Shown piece by piece: positions 1 through 12,304 of a DNA stretch of 64,000 nt. The notes under the pieces are model-generated. The model was not told the origin of the DNA and ran no database searches. It saw only the letters and a program-made list of their open reading frames with translations. Origin of the DNA: Dicyema japonicum (lineage: Eukaryota > Animalia > Dicyemida); the NCBI GenBank assembly GCA_011109175.1, contig RDEW01000003.1:1871761-1935760 (forward strand), in the 5' to 3' direction. The position numbers were made by a program, and so were the translations under genes. Position 1 is the first letter of the stretch. Every line of letters starts with the position of its first letter.

Positions 1-89
1 CCACGTAATCAGGACAGCTACCTTTTGACCCTCAGTTGATTTTTCTTAATTTATTAAATAAATTTAATACTATCAGAGAAATGTTTTGG

Positions 90-300
90 AATATCATTGC
101 ATTTCCCGACGATCCCCAATCATTTTGGAATCCTTGACCACAGCAATGTTAAGAATAGGACCATCTTGGGTCCGAAGGCTCCAGTCGTCTCGATAACAAC
201 TGTCTGCGCATGAAATCAGCTAGAGAGGGTGTCATATTTTCTAATCTTAAAGTTTTCGGATCCTTTGGCGGAATTCTCATCTAGAGCATTTTTCCTGATT
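90..300 (-). mobile_element. CRE-like non-LTR retrotransposon, RLE C-terminal fragment (decayed)
   Basis: Minus strand reads SENFKIRKYDTLSS*FHAQTVVIETTGAFGPKM, matching the K..KY...V..E..G..GP tail of the 315-aa ORF at 8794-9741. Confidence 0.7.
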
Positions 301-559
301 ACTACAAATCGGCTCTGGATGTGTTGGGGAGTTGGTCGAAGCCTATGAGGAAACTCCCTATAATCTACTCAAATTGAAGAACTGGACCAATATACATTAC
401 AATATCATACAATCTGCCCTTTTGGAAACAAACGACTTAAATAATGGAGTATGCATTCTATCAGCATTTTCGCCCACAGCAGTGTTTGACTGAATGCATT
501 CACTTCTTCGTCAATTGTATCCGATTAAAACTTAATTCAAAAACTAACAGTTAACAACT

Positions 560-1030
560 ACTGGGAGCTCTCATAAATTGAGAACGCATTTCCCCCGACG
601 ATTTGTAAGGAAATGCGCTCAATAAGCCAGCTCTTTTATCTTTTATCATTTTTCTTCTCCGCGATGAGCGATCCGATTTTGTTTAGCAGAACCAGTAACC
701 TACTTCTTATGATTCCTAACGTTTCCATGGTGACTGGTTCAAAAATGAACTATCCACCATACCTAATATTCATTTTTAGGGTCTCAGCATACTTCGAAGC
801 AGAACCTGGGATAGTTGATGTCATAACAAGNCTCCGCGATGAGCGATCCGATTTTGTTTAGCAGAACCAGTAACCTACTTCTTATGATTCCTAACGTTTC
901 CATGGTGACTGGTTCAAAAATAAACTATCCACCATACCTAATATTCATCTTTAGGGTCTCAGCATACTTCGAAGCAGAACCTGGGTTAGTTGATGTCATA
1001 ACAAGGTTGAGAAGAGACCATGTAGAACGC
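560..1030 (-). mobile_element. CRE-like element 3' end, internally duplicated across the single N at 831
   Basis: Minus strand reads PGSASKYAETLKM..FEPVTMETLG..IGSLIAEKK..WLIERISLQIVGGNAFSI, the same C-terminus as other CRE copies (..IAILRGN..). The same 3' end recurs at about 39175-39255. Confidence 0.75.
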
Positions 1031-1319
1031 TCATAACCACATTCTGTCAATTTTACCCCATTAAGAGAAATCCTCTGCTTTTTTCTGGTGGACTCATTTT
1101 AATGACGCAGTCAGCCTCACTGTAAACAATCTTTTTTGGGCCGCCCGTTTGAGAAGCTTGATTTAAAAGTGTCTCGGTAGAACGTTAAATATATACTTTA
1201 TTGCTAAAAGTCCTAGAGAGTTTCATATTATTTTGGCAAAACCTAACGTTTTATTATCAAAAATAAAATTAGCGTGTTGAAATACAAAATTCTACCATCA
1301 AATAGTAACTGGAACCTAT

Positions 1320-1545
1320 AGAATGCCTCACGCAAAAGAAAATCGGGTGGCAAAGAAATTTCCGTCCCCAATTGACTTTCTCTCCAAGGATCAAAGAAGG
1401 CACTTCCGTTCGGTAGTGGAAACAATGGAGACGCACAGGCTCTGGATGGCACGTTTGGTTGCAAAAGCTGTGATAACCTAACTAGTTGACATTTCTTTTG
1501 TCTTTCTTTCTCGATGGTCCCGGGGTTAATAAATAAATGGAACCT
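1320..1545 (+). mobile_element. 3' end of I/Jockey-group LINE (GIT-stop family)
   Basis: DNA similarity to 25200-25470 (-) and 31470-31585 (+); ORF ends AVIT*, then ctaactagttg...tggtcccggggttaataaataaa. Confidence 0.65.
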
Positions 1546-1599
1546 ATAAACAGAAATCAAAATTTTCTGAGATTTTAACTCCATTTTTAAATTATCATT

Positions 1600-2000
1600 A
1601 ACCCATGATACACCGAGAAAGAAGTCAGCAACTAATTAAGTGTATCGAGTTCCCACTGTCACAAAAACAAAGACCTTCCAATGTCACACAAGTACATCAA
1701 GAACATAGAAGACGTCCATTATTTGTTGCTGTTGGAACCCCTCAAGTGGAGTGAAGAACAGTAAATGATCATATTTCGTGCCACCCTGAGACTGGGGTCA
1801 TCTGAGACAGATGGATTACAATAATCCACCCAATTAGAAAAAGGAAGAAGAGGAACAGGAGAAACAAAATGAAATCTTCAATTAAAAAGTCACATGGCAC
1901 TAAGATAATTTTGTCACCACGCGGCCATAATTATTTTTTTAAAACCGAGAATCACCGACAAATTAAAATGGAATACGCGGCCGTCAGGTGATGCCTGCCT
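1600..2000 (-). mobile_element. Two 5'-truncated LINE 3' ends (RYT-stop variant 1600-1870; GIT-stop tail about 1925-2000)
   Basis: 1600-1870 aligns by eye with 12305-12570. Both end ..actggatacacttaattagtt..ggggttaat; the second tail reads ggcatcacctga..ggtgattctcgg. Confidence 0.6.
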
Positions 2001-2118
2001 CCTTAAGCAACCATCACATCTTTGCTAGATGTTCGTACCGAGATCTGTCGCACTTCCAATATATAAGAGTTACTTTTCGAAATTTTGGAAGCCCTTAATT
2101 CAAAACAACCATCTAAAT

Positions 2119-2550
2119 CAGTGATTCTTAACGTGGTCCCCATAAATATTTTTAAGTTAATTAATTTTTATGACTAAAAAAAATATTTAATTTTTATTAT
2201 TTATTCGCATTAGAATATTTAATTAATTTTATTTCACGTGTTTTTTTGTTATTTGATTGTAATGGTCAATCGCAAATGGATTGATTCTTATGTCCAATAT
2301 GGGTTTACCCAATATACTGGATCTGACAACGTCGATAAAGCGCAGTGCATGATATGCTACGTCATAATGGGAAACAACTCTTTGAAGCCGTCAAAATTAA
2401 AAAGACATAAGGAAAAAACTCACCCACAAAATGTTGACACTGTAGAAAGTTTTATTGCAAAGAGAACTAAATATGATAAATCTGGAAAACTTAGAAATTT
2501 CGGATTTAGACCAATAGATAAACCATGTCTGCTAGCTTCATATAAGGTAC
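2119..2550 (+). mobile_element. hAT (Buster-type) transposon left end with N-terminal transposase (BED-finger-like region), truncated
   Basis: TIR-like CAGTGATTCTTAAC at 2119, preceded by the 8-mer atcTAaat. ORF RKWIDSYVQYGFT..AQCMICY..NNSLKPSKLKRH..H matches the Buster/FAM200/ZBED5-type N-terminus. Confidence 0.85.
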
Positions 2551-2899
2551 TAGCTCGGCAGCTCGTATTGCGCACAGCGAGCTAGGTTCTGCCGACGGCT
2601 GTCGTTCACACCTTCGGAGTTCACTGGATACGTTTTCCTTAATCCATTATAAAAGTACATGAAAACACCACAACCAAAAAATATAGAAGGATATACAGTC
2701 CAACCTCGATTCAGAGAAAACCTACCTCGTTTTTCGAACAGCCTCAGATTTTTGAACACTTTGTAGAATTGGCATAAAAATGGAAAAAACTAAAATCTCG
2801 ATGTGCAACAAAATTAATTATTTATTTTTTATTTAATAACCTGAAAAGGGAACACCAAGAAAAAAAGAGTAAACCAACATTGTGTACTCAGCATTCAAG

Positions 2900-3290
2900 A
2901 ATACTTGGAAGACAGATAAGATTATTTTTTGAATACATTAAGTTAATTTACGACACTGATTTTAATATCTAAATTAGTTTTTTCCGTAGTAACGAGGTGG
3001 TCGTCTTTTTGACGATCTCAATAGTATTCTGAGACATCGATTTTGTAAAACTTCCAGCTTGCTCTGTGCCGATGTTGATAAGGGGGCAATCCATGCAGCA
3101 CAAGCGTACTCAATACTAGGTAGAACAAATTGTTTGTACAGAAACACTACCGATGGGCGGGAAAAAATTGGACAGTGAGTGAAACCCTTGAGAATTCCAA
3201 TTTTCTTTTGGATCTTTGTGGTTACTAGGCCCACTTTATGAGTACAACAGAGAAACAATCTCAATTATAAAGAGATTATCAGAAATTATA
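2900..3290 (-). mobile_element. LINE reverse transcriptase (RT) C-terminal fragment
   Basis: ORF 2974-3264: LYKQFVLPSIEYACAAW..KLEVLQNRCLRIL. Confidence 0.8.
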
Positions 3291-3498
3291 GAGGAACACA
3301 AGGAAGAAATCTATGATGAAATATAATGAGAACCAAGGAAAAGTTAGAAGACGAAAAGATTCTGTAAAATACTGTAAAAATAAAATTTATCCGATTAAAG
3401 AAAGACATGAGGTAGATTTCCAACTAAAAATTCGAAAATATTTCTCACAAAAGGGTAAAAATATTTTTGTGTCACATAAAATTACACGCATGGGAAAA

Positions 3499-3806
3499 AT
3501 AGACTTGGAAAAATTACCCAACTCATAATTCCTAAATAACATATAATGCAAGCACGCCAATATCAAATAAAAGTTTAAATTATATTACAGGGTTTTCACT
3601 CCACAAAATTGTCAGAAGAGATAATTTTCAAGTTCGACTACATTTCCCTGAAATATAGACTTGGAAAAATTACCCAACTCATAATTCCTAAATAACGTAT
3701 AATGCAAACACGCCAATATCAAATAAAAGTTTAAATTATATTACAGGGTTTTCACTCCACAAAATTGTCAGAAGAGATAATTTTCAAGTTCGACTACATT
3801 TCCCTG
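3499..3806. repeat. About 156-bp tandem near-duplication (possible assembly artefact)
   Basis: atagacttggaaaaattacccaactc... occurs at about 3499 and 3655 with few mismatches. Confidence 0.85.
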
Positions 3807-4011
3807 CAAGACATCGTTTTAGAATGATTATTAATAGGTATAGAAAAAGTTTGTTCTCACGTGGTAGCGTCTTCAAAATTGTTTGAAATCATTTGTATGC
3901 TAAAGATAGAAGGCGAATGATGCACAAGACATTAATATAAAATATTTATATATGAGCGAAGTGATAGTATAAAATAAATATTAGCCCAACTTTAACAACA
4001 AAAAATAAATA

Positions 4012-4462
4012 TTATCTTAAAATCTTGTTTCCGGATTGAGTAATGAACTCTCCTACTTTTGTAACCGGATTGAGAATCCACACTTAAATAAATATAAAAT
4101 TTACTTTTTGTGTAAACACCTGTTTGCTTCAAAGGTGCTGCAGTGAATAAAACATTAAAAGCTATCTGAACAGCGCTTTTTGTACTTTTCGGAAAATAAG
4201 TTAAAAGACTAAATAAATAGAAAATATTTACGCTATATTTAAATCCCTCTCCAACAAGTTTGAATTGGATCCGATACAAATTAAATTTTTTGAATGTACA
4301 TTGGCCTCACTGTCTAATTTCATTAAATTAATAGAATCAGATTCCGGTCCAAGAATTATTAGTTCCTAAAATTTAAATTTATAAAACCATGTGATATTTT
4401 TGATTTCGGATATAAGGTTGAATTTTTGATATAAAATTGCGTAATAATATATCAGTTCCATG
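4012..4462 (-). CDS. 3' part of an unidentified host gene with three micro-introns (4366-4387, 22 nt; 4209-4231, 23 nt; 4083-4104, 22 nt); 5' part lies in the N gap
   Basis: Removing three AT-rich GT..AG segments gives one open frame: HGTDILLRNFISKIQPYIRNQKYHM|ELIILGPESDSINLMKLDSEANVHSKNLICIGSNSNLLERDLNIA|LLTYFPKSTKSAVQIAFNVLFTAAPLKQTGVYTKM|WILNPVTKVGEFITQSGNKILR*. Confidence 0.75.
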
Positions 4463-4765
4463 NNNNNNNNNNNNNNNNNNNNNNNNNNNNNNNNNNNNNN
4501 NNNNNNNNNNNNNNNNNNNNNNNNNNNNNNNNNNNNNNNNNNNNNNNNNNNNNNNNNNNNNNNNNNNNNNNNNNNNNNNNNNNNNNNNNNNNNNNNNNNN
4601 NNNNNNNNNNNNNNNNNNNNNNNNNNNNNNNNNNNNNNNNNNNNNNNNNNNNNNNNNNNNNNNNNNNNNNNNNNNNNNNNNNNNNNNNNNNNNNNNNNNN
4701 NNNNNNNNNNNNNNNNNNNNNNNNNNNNNNNNNNNNNNNNNNNNNNNNNNNNNNNNNNNNNNNNN

Positions 4766-5378
4766 GCTTAATTGCCGGGGACTGGAATGCCAAAGCAGGA
4801 AAAGCCAGATCTGGAGAAACTTGTATCGGATCTCATGGAAGAAATCGGCGAAACACGCCCGGAATGGCATTAAACCACTTTTGCACTTCCTTGGATCTGT
4901 TTTTGTGCAATGCAATACGGCATTCCGTCACCCAGCGAGACACAAGACGACGTGGACTGGAACTAGGAAGGATTTACAAGGAAATTACATAAAAATATAT
5001 AATCAAATTGACTACATACTATACAGACGAGGTCACAAACATCTCCTCGTAGACTCCAGGTCATATGGAGGATTAGAGACACATAGTGATCATAAAATTG
5101 TGGTTACCCGCATTGGACTATACAAAGTCCATAACCAAATGAAAACACCTTCCAATAAAAAGCAGGAGCAATATGATATCCAATTATTACATGACAAGTC
5201 AACTCAACAGAAATATGCGTATCAACTAAATCTTGAACTCAATGATATCGACGAAACTAAACCTGTTCATGTTATTTGGGACAAAGTCACAAAGTCGATA
5301 AAAGGTACAGCATGTGATGTGTTGGGAACTATTACAAAACCCCGTAAATTTTACAATCATGATATTTGCGTCCTATAA
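4766..5378 (+). mobile_element. RTE-clade LINE, apurinic endonuclease (APE) domain fragment
   Basis: LIAGDWNAKAG, then after a frameshift FRHPARHKTTW..YNQIDYIL..SRSY..SDHKIV (APE motifs GD.NA, IDY, SDH). Confidence 0.85.
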
Positions 5379-5599
5379 GAAAGGGCTTTTCTGTGCGAGT
5401 GAGACTGATTCTGATGTCGAACTGCTTCTTGAGCAGATGCGATAACGTTGCTTACGTGTTTGCTGAAGATATTGAGATAAAAATACAAAACAATAATATT
5501 TTAAGAATATTAAATAAATAATAAAACATTGTTCTTTTTAATTAATATTGCTAATTTAATTTTATCTGGAAAATTAAGTAATTTTAAAATGACTCTTGC

Positions 5600-6800
5600 T
5601 GACGTGTAACTAAAGGAGCCATCCATCTACTAACAAAAGAGGATGAACTCTCCAGAGTCACGGAGAAACTCTCCTTACTCGATGGTTATACAGCGTTCTT
5701 CCTTTTGAAGAATTGCATCGGCTTGCCCAAACTCCTATATGCTCTCCGATGTTCTCCCTGCTTCAAACATCGTGACATCCTTCTGTCACTGGATAGGACA
5801 TTGAGAAAATCATCCGAATTGTTTCTAAACATCCACTTTGACGTGCCGAGTTGGAATCAATGCAAGCTTCCTACACACCTCGGAGGCAATGGTCTCAAGT
5901 CAGCGTTGGAGATCGCCTTTCCAGCATATGTGTCATCGCTCTTAAGCGGAACCCTTTTGGTCCAAGATATCCTACGTTTCCCAACCTGACTTTCTTGGGA
6001 AAAACCATCGACGAAGCTCGTCGCGAATGATGTGAAACTGGTTTGGATATGCCGAACGATCCTTCAAGGCAACGTGATTGGATCTACTCCAAGAATATCT
6101 TCGACGTGCTAAAGCCTGAGGCCAACCAGCATCGTCTTGCATGCCTCGTGTCCGCCGCCAACCATGGGAGTGGAGCGTGGCTAGATGCATTTCCGTGTTC
6201 CTCCCTGGGGACCCTTTTGGACGATGACTGTATTCGGATTGGGATCGTACAACGCCTGGGAGTTGATGTTTGCGTCGAACACCAATGTCGCTGTGGAGGG
6301 ATTGTCGATGCCAAAAGGCTTCACACGCTTTCGTGCAAAAGAAGTGCGGGCAGAGCACCCGGCCATGCATTGTCATGCGAGCTCTTGAAGCGGCAAGCTT
6401 CCCGGCAGTACTGGAGCCTGTGGGATTGGACCACGGAGATGGGAAAAGACCGGATGCGTTAACTATCTTTTTGTTCACTGAGGGAAAATCGCTCGTATGG
6501 GACTTCACTGTTGTGGATTCTTTTTCGAACTCGATGATACTCAGCTCGGCGCAGTCTGCTGGATCGGCAGCCGATCTGGCCGAGAAAATCAAGATTAAAA
6601 AATATGGCGAAATTGGAGACCGCTAGTGACGTCTGGTGCGGCGGAAGTATTACAGCCTTTTTCCTAAAGGAAATCGAGGGGAAATTGGCTCACCGCAAGA
6701 AAGACGTACGTCTGGCTGACGCAACGAATTGGTATCGCAGTTGTCCGCGGAAACGCTTACTCCGTGATGTCAGCAGCCGCTCTCCCCCATAGTTAATAAA
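5600..6800 (+). mobile_element. CRE-like non-LTR retrotransposon, 5'-truncated, frameshifted
   Basis: LLKNCIGLPKLLYALRCSPCF..LP..GGNGL; SGAWLDAFP..LGTLLD..RIGIVQRLG; zinc finger HQCRCG..HTLSC; GKRPDALT..LVWD..K.KKYG; AT-rich tail. Confidence 0.9.
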
Positions 6801-6999
6801 TAATATTATATTGTTAATAAATTTTTTATAAAAAAAGTTAAAATCGTTAATATTTTAAAATCATAACGTAGCAAAAATCCGGGGTTATTTAAAAAAATCC
6901 ACTCAAATGAATTGAGTGGCATTTTAATGATATTTTATTATTTTTAATCAACAAAAAACTTTATTAATATTTAAAATTAAAAATTTTATTTTATTTCTG

Positions 7000-8400
7000 C
7001 AAATGGTTTTAAGCTTCACGTTGAGCATAGATGAGTTGCGCCAGATATTCGAGTATCTCGATGGGTCGCTTTCCAAAAAATGTAAACAGCGTATTTGGAG
7101 GCTTGACACTTTGCTAGTTTTCGAGGATGATGAAGTCAATTTCAGAGTAATTCGATTATAATAGGATTAAGGAATAATCTATTTCAGCGATTTTTTGTGA
7201 TGAAATAGCAGAGCCGAAACAACGATTTTTATAGTATTTTTGTCTATAATTAGTAGAATCAACATAATTTTGCTCATACCGGGAGGATCGTTTATTCAGT
7301 TATTTAAGAATAAAGATCTACAATTTAACTCGTTTCGGAGTTGCAAATGCTGTGAAGAAATGTGTCTTGTCAGACCAATAGGCTGACTGATACGAGGCCT
7401 CCAATTACGGCAATCATTGAAGAATATTTGCGTGATAGATATATAGCTGATCTGATGGATGTGAGAAGATGAAATTTTTTTCACCCATGGACCACTTATT
7501 ATACTAGAAACAGACAATTGTCTGGAGTTCTGAAACTCATTTCTCAGAGAAATTTTGTTACAGGCTAAATATTTTTTTATATCTAACTCAATTTATTAAC
7601 AATCATAGGGAAGAGCGGCTGCTGACATTAAGGATTAAGGGTTTCCGCGGTCAACTGCAATCCTAATTTGTTGTCTTTGTCAGACCGTTTCCCGCATATT
7701 AAATATATTTTTCGAAGACCGCGAACGTGTTCAAGGCCAGGTTGAGAGGTATCACTTATATAATAAGTATAGATTAAATCAGTTTCAGATATTGAAAGAA
7801 CTCTTGGAAAATATCAATCTATTTTATTCACTTACAATGCTACTAATTACGAGACTACAAAACATGCTCCATTCAAGATATTTATGGGAGCTGATTATCC
7901 GCCACAATTCTCGGATGAACGCTTGAATAATATACTGTGCTATTAAGATGAAGCCTTATTGTTGAAAGGGATTCTACTAGAAGACATATGTTGTTAGCTG
8001 TAGACAAATGCGTAAAAAGAAGCTGGAAAATGATGAAGAATCATTGAATGTTTGGGATAAAGTTATTCTACGGATGGATTGTGATGTCAATCTATCGACG
8101 AAAAGGTGNAATAATTTACTGCGGTATTAAGATGAAGGCTTATTGTTGAAAGGGATTCTACTAGAAGACATACGTTGTTAGCTGTAGACAAATGCGTAAA
8201 AGAGAAGCCGGAAAATGATGAAGAATCATTGAATGTTTGGGATAAAGTTATTCTACGGATGGATTGTGATGTCAATCTATCGACGAAAACGGTGCTTTAT
8301 ATGAGCACTTGGACACTAAAATTTATCAAACAGTGGATATACAAGAACACATAGTGCACATATATGGTGGTTCTCACAAACAATGATATACAATCAAAGC
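7000..8400 (+). mobile_element. Decayed retroviral-type integrase transposon (Ginger/KRBA2-like)
   Basis: YNLTRFGVANAVKKCVLCQ..RPPI..RDRYIADLMD (zinc-binding C..C plus core start) and YNATNYETTKHAPFKIFMG; many stops. Confidence 0.55.
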
Positions 8401-8479
8401 AGAATAAAATATTTTTTGAATGACTGTACATTCGAGAAAGAATTTTTTATCTTTTTTATTTAATGTGGAATTAGATTTA

Positions 8480-8755
8480 GCTGTTGACTAGGAATTAGGT
8501 TTAGAGTCGATATTATGTAATGATTATGGTTGACGTTAGATATTAATTAGAATATAGAACACACTTAGATATTTTAAGGAAAAGAATTAGTTTTAAGATG
8601 GTTAAAAGATTGGGTCCAAGATATTGTTAAGGGATAAGAGTTTGGGTTTAAAAATAGGGGTTATGTTTAAATTAAAGCTTTGGTTTTATGTTTGAGATTA
8701 GCTTATGATAGGTTAGGGATCAAATTATACTTAGGAATTTGTAGGGTTAAGAATA
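8480..8755 (+). repeat. G/T-rich degenerate TTAG(G)n-like tract
   Basis: Repeated ttag, ttagg, ttaggg, tttggg and taggg variants; C is almost absent on the + strand. Confidence 0.45.
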
Positions 8756-8793
8756 GAATAATTGTTTATATTTTTTTAACAATTAAACAAATG

Positions 8794-9780
8794 TCAGTTG
8801 AGGAAGCCTGCTGCGTGGATTGCGAACGAGTTCCCTCGGAGTATGGCTATTCCGATCTTTTGTCTTAGCCATAACCCTTCTCGTTGATCCCTTTTCTTTC
8901 TGGCAAGCAATCCTCCGAGTTCTTGCAAGAATTCAGCCGTCATTGGACCAACGGCTCCCGATGATTCGGTCGCAACAGGAGTAAATCGGTAGCGATCCCC
9001 GAGGCAAGAATATTTCTTGATTTTTAGGTTTTCCGCGGTCGAAGCAGCTGCTCCAGGTGTCTGAACAGATTTAAAAATGTTCGTGCTTGAGAACGTGTCT
9101 ATGCAAGTTGCGTCCCAGACCAAAGATCTTCCAGACGTGAAGGGGAAAAGGGTCATCCCGTCAGGTCTCTTCCCATCTCCTCGATCAAGACCCACTGGTT
9201 CAAGCTGTGCTGGGAAGCCTGAAGCCTTCAGAGCTCTGACGATCACATCATTCAGAGCGGCATGACGTGGTCCCCTTCCGGCGCTTCTTCTGCAGGACAG
9301 CGGGTGCAATCCTTTCGCATCGACTGTTTTCCCGCATCGGCATCGGTGCTCCTGGCAAACGTCTAGTCCCAGCCTTTGTCCGATTCCAATCCTCAAAGAA
9401 TCGTCGTCCAAAAAGGTCCCGAGGTTTGGGCAAGGTATTGCACCAAGCCATGCTCCACTCCCTCGACTTGAAACTGACACCAAACAAGCCAGACGATGTT
9501 GATTTGCTTCTTTCTTAAGGTCTTCCAAAATTTTGGAGCAGACAATGTCATCCCAATTTCTTTGCTTCGTTGTGTCTTCTGGGATTTTGAGTCCGGACCC
9601 GTTCCATTTCCGACAAGCTTCGTCAAATGACTCATTCCAGCGAAGTCCAATTGTGTTATGAAGGACTTGCCGTGTCAAATGGCTGCAGCTTGAGAGAGAT
9701 GATAGGTATGCCGGGTACGCAACCTCCAGCGCCGATCTCATTCCGACACCCCCAAATCCAGAGGGAAGCTTGGATTGTTT
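8794..9780 (-). mobile_element. CRE-like non-LTR retrotransposon, 5'-truncated, with an intact 315-aa C-terminal ORF (zinc finger plus RLE)
   Basis: Uninterrupted ORF 8794-9741: GAWL..IP..LG..LD, EHRCRCGKTVDAKGLHPLSC, RH..ND, GKRPDG..LVWD, K..KY, ESSGAVGP, IAILRGN. Confidence 0.92.
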
Positions 9781-9990
9781 CCAACATTGTTTATATTAAA
9801 AATTAATTTTCTCTTTAGTTTTTTTTAATTGTTTAATAAATTATAGTAAGATTGTTCTTGTTTGGATTTTATCATATTTTTCATGATTAATTGTCACTAG
9901 ACATCAAATGCCATTTAAAAAATTGGCAAATTTTAATAAAGTCAGGAAAAATGTAATAAAAATGCAAAAAATTAGATGGAGTTCCACGTA

Positions 9991-10134
9991 CAGACGGTGA
10001 CAATATATATTTAAATTTTAAAAATAAAAATTTTATTTTTAGTTTAAGGACTAATCACCGATCCTCCATCACTCCGACATGCAAACGTGACTGCCCAAAA
10101 CGCTTTTCATTGTTTTTTTGATCGTTACCGTCTG
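9991..10134. mobile_element. Possible small MITE
   Basis: CAGACGGTGACAAT at 9991 and the inverted ATCGTTACCGTCTG ending at 10134 match 12/14; left flank TA, right flank CA. Confidence 0.3.
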
Positions 10135-10229
10135 CATGTGGGCTCCTACAGGGCATTCCAATTTTAAATGACTCAAGTAGTGTTTATAGTATTTGCTTAC
10201 GACTCCATCCCAAGTAAGGACTACTGGGA

Positions 10230-10440
10230 CCACGTGCACTTTCGCTTTGTGTATTGTCCCCGACTCACTTGCGAGAAGATCTTACTTGAGGCCTTTCTCC
10301 ACTTCAAAATGCTCAAAGAATCCTGGAAGGTTATTCCCACTTCTATTAGCGTTATTATGTTCTCGATTTTGTCATACATGAAAATATCAGGCTTGTTATT
10401 CTCTATTTTCGTATCAGTAGCTGTAAGCGTAAGCGTGAAG
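10230..10440 (-). mobile_element. R4/Dong-like non-LTR element, RLE fragment
   Basis: TDTKIENNKPDIFMYDKIENIITLIEVGITFQDSL (PD..IEV motif of R4-type RLE, distinct from the CRE form). Confidence 0.7.
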
Positions 10441-10575
10441 ACGGACGCCTTTCTCCACAGAATTGGAAGCAAACTTCCCTCAAATAGGTACGAGCCACGG
10501 GAGGGACTCTGGTTGAGGGAGAAGCTCGAAATGGCGATTATCAGAGGTAACCCCTTCGCCATTCTGTCGCCATAA
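10440..10575 (+). mobile_element. CRE-like 3' terminal fragment
   Basis: FLHRIGSKL..EPREGLWLREKLEMAIIRGNPFAI*. Confidence 0.8.
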
Positions 10576-10877
10576 TGATCGCCTAATTTACATTATTTAA
10601 AAATAATTGTTTTCTTTCAAAAAAAACAGCATGAATTGTTTAATTTTAATTGAATTTAGAGGTTGAATCAAATTTCAAAAGCTTTGAACAAAGGAAATGG
10701 GGTANCCAGAATACAAAAATCTGAACAGTAAAGACGTCATGATATATTTGAGCTTTGCTTTGAAAAAAATCTGCTCAAACACCATTTTAAATGTTTCAAT
10801 CAGCCAAATACTGCAATAAAGAAATGCACCTACAAATAATAAAAATTTTGTTTTAAGGCCCAATTTATTAGATCCCA

Positions 10878-11075
10878 CAGTAGAAGAGATATAGTGGTTA
10901 AGTGTCGGGCTAAAGTGACTTAGGTTACAAGTTTGATTCTCGCTGCTGTTCACTTGGTGTAAGGTTTCACGGATCTACGATCTTAAAAGGGTTTGACGAG
11001 TGACGCCGTCATTAGTGGATACTCACTGCGTAACTGGATTTTCTAGAAAGGACCCACACAAAAGAAAAAAGAATT
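10878..11075 (+). mobile_element. Putative tRNA-derived SINE
   Basis: Pol III A-box-like TAGTGGTTAAG (10892-10902) and B-box-like GTTTGATTC (10931-10939) at tRNA spacing; body motif tttgacgagtgacgccgtcattagtg resembles tttgacaagtggagccgtcatcagtg near 54310; A-rich tail. Confidence 0.5.
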
Positions 11076-11439
11076 GAAGATCATTACTTGGTTCTACGAT
11101 TAGTTAAAATTAACTGTTCTTTACTTAAATAAAGTATGTCCTGCCTATGCGGAGCTATAAATATTATGGCTCTCGTGAAAAGGCTGTTATTATTATTATT
11201 AGTAGTAGAAGAGAATATTTTGAACATCGAATTTCGGGAAGAAGATATTCTTTTAGAAAAAATTGAAATAGAAACGGATGAATTGACAAATAAAATCAAT
11301 GAATTTTATATGTGCACTTAAATATTTGATAATTCTTTTAAATCTTTTAGATATAGGAGGGGTTGAAGAGACAGACAATATTAATGTGGTAAATTAACTA
11401 AGAAATAATTATTCGGCTCTTCACAAATTGAAAAATTAT

Positions 11440-12300
11440 TTTAAACATCATGACATCCAGAAGGACACAGAAAGAATGCAGATTAACCTAACAGGCTTAA
11501 TGCCTGGATAATGGAAAACCGGCTCGTGGTGAATGCAGAGAAGTCGTCTACGTAACTTTTTACTTCTGACAAAAGATTGGTAAGGAAGACAGTCACCTTG
11601 AAGTTAAACAAAGTCGGCATCCCTTTCCACAGATGTCAAAGGATTTGGGTGTGATAATTGATTTGCATCTCTGTTTAACACCTCACGTAGAAAACATTCT
11701 ATTGAAATGCGAGAAGAAACTGAACGTATTGAAAAGTTTATCGGGAATGTGGAAGAGTGGTACTCACTCAGTCTTGATGAACGTATACAAACAATACATC
11801 GAGCCATGTTCCTCACATGCATGCGCCTCGTGGAGACCGTCCATATTTTGGACAAATATGAGGAAAATTGAGGAAATGCAAAAGATGGCTTACAGAGTAA
11901 CGGAGCGTTGGATTTGTGAAGATCATCGACCCGGACCTACGCCTCTGAAGGCCCTTATGAGACTAGACTCCAGATCACAGGAAGTTGGCCCTANGGTCCG
12001 TCCATATCTTGGACAAATATGAGGAAAATTGAGGAAATGCAAAAGAGGGCTTACAGAGTAACGGAGCGTTGGATTTGTGAAGATCATCGACCCGGACCTA
12101 CGCCTCTGAAGGCCCTTATGAAACTAGACTCCAGATTACAGGAAGTTGGCCCTGAAAATTCAGGCAGCCGTCCTGTACATTTATGCGCGGGCACGAAGGA
12201 AGAACAACGGGCAAAGATGAGGTCTCTGTTAGAATGCATCGGGATCACGTGATAATTAGTTTTGTTTTACCGTGGTCTTGGGTTAAATAAAAAAAATAAA
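11440..12300 (+). mobile_element. I/Jockey-group LINE 3' part (RT C-terminus to 3' tail), GIT-stop family
   Basis: NAEKS..LGVIID..L..HVENI..KKLNVLKSLSG..VYKQYIEP..ACASW..; ends LECIGIT*; internal duplication around the N at 11994. Confidence 0.85.
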
Positions 12301-12304
12301 AATT

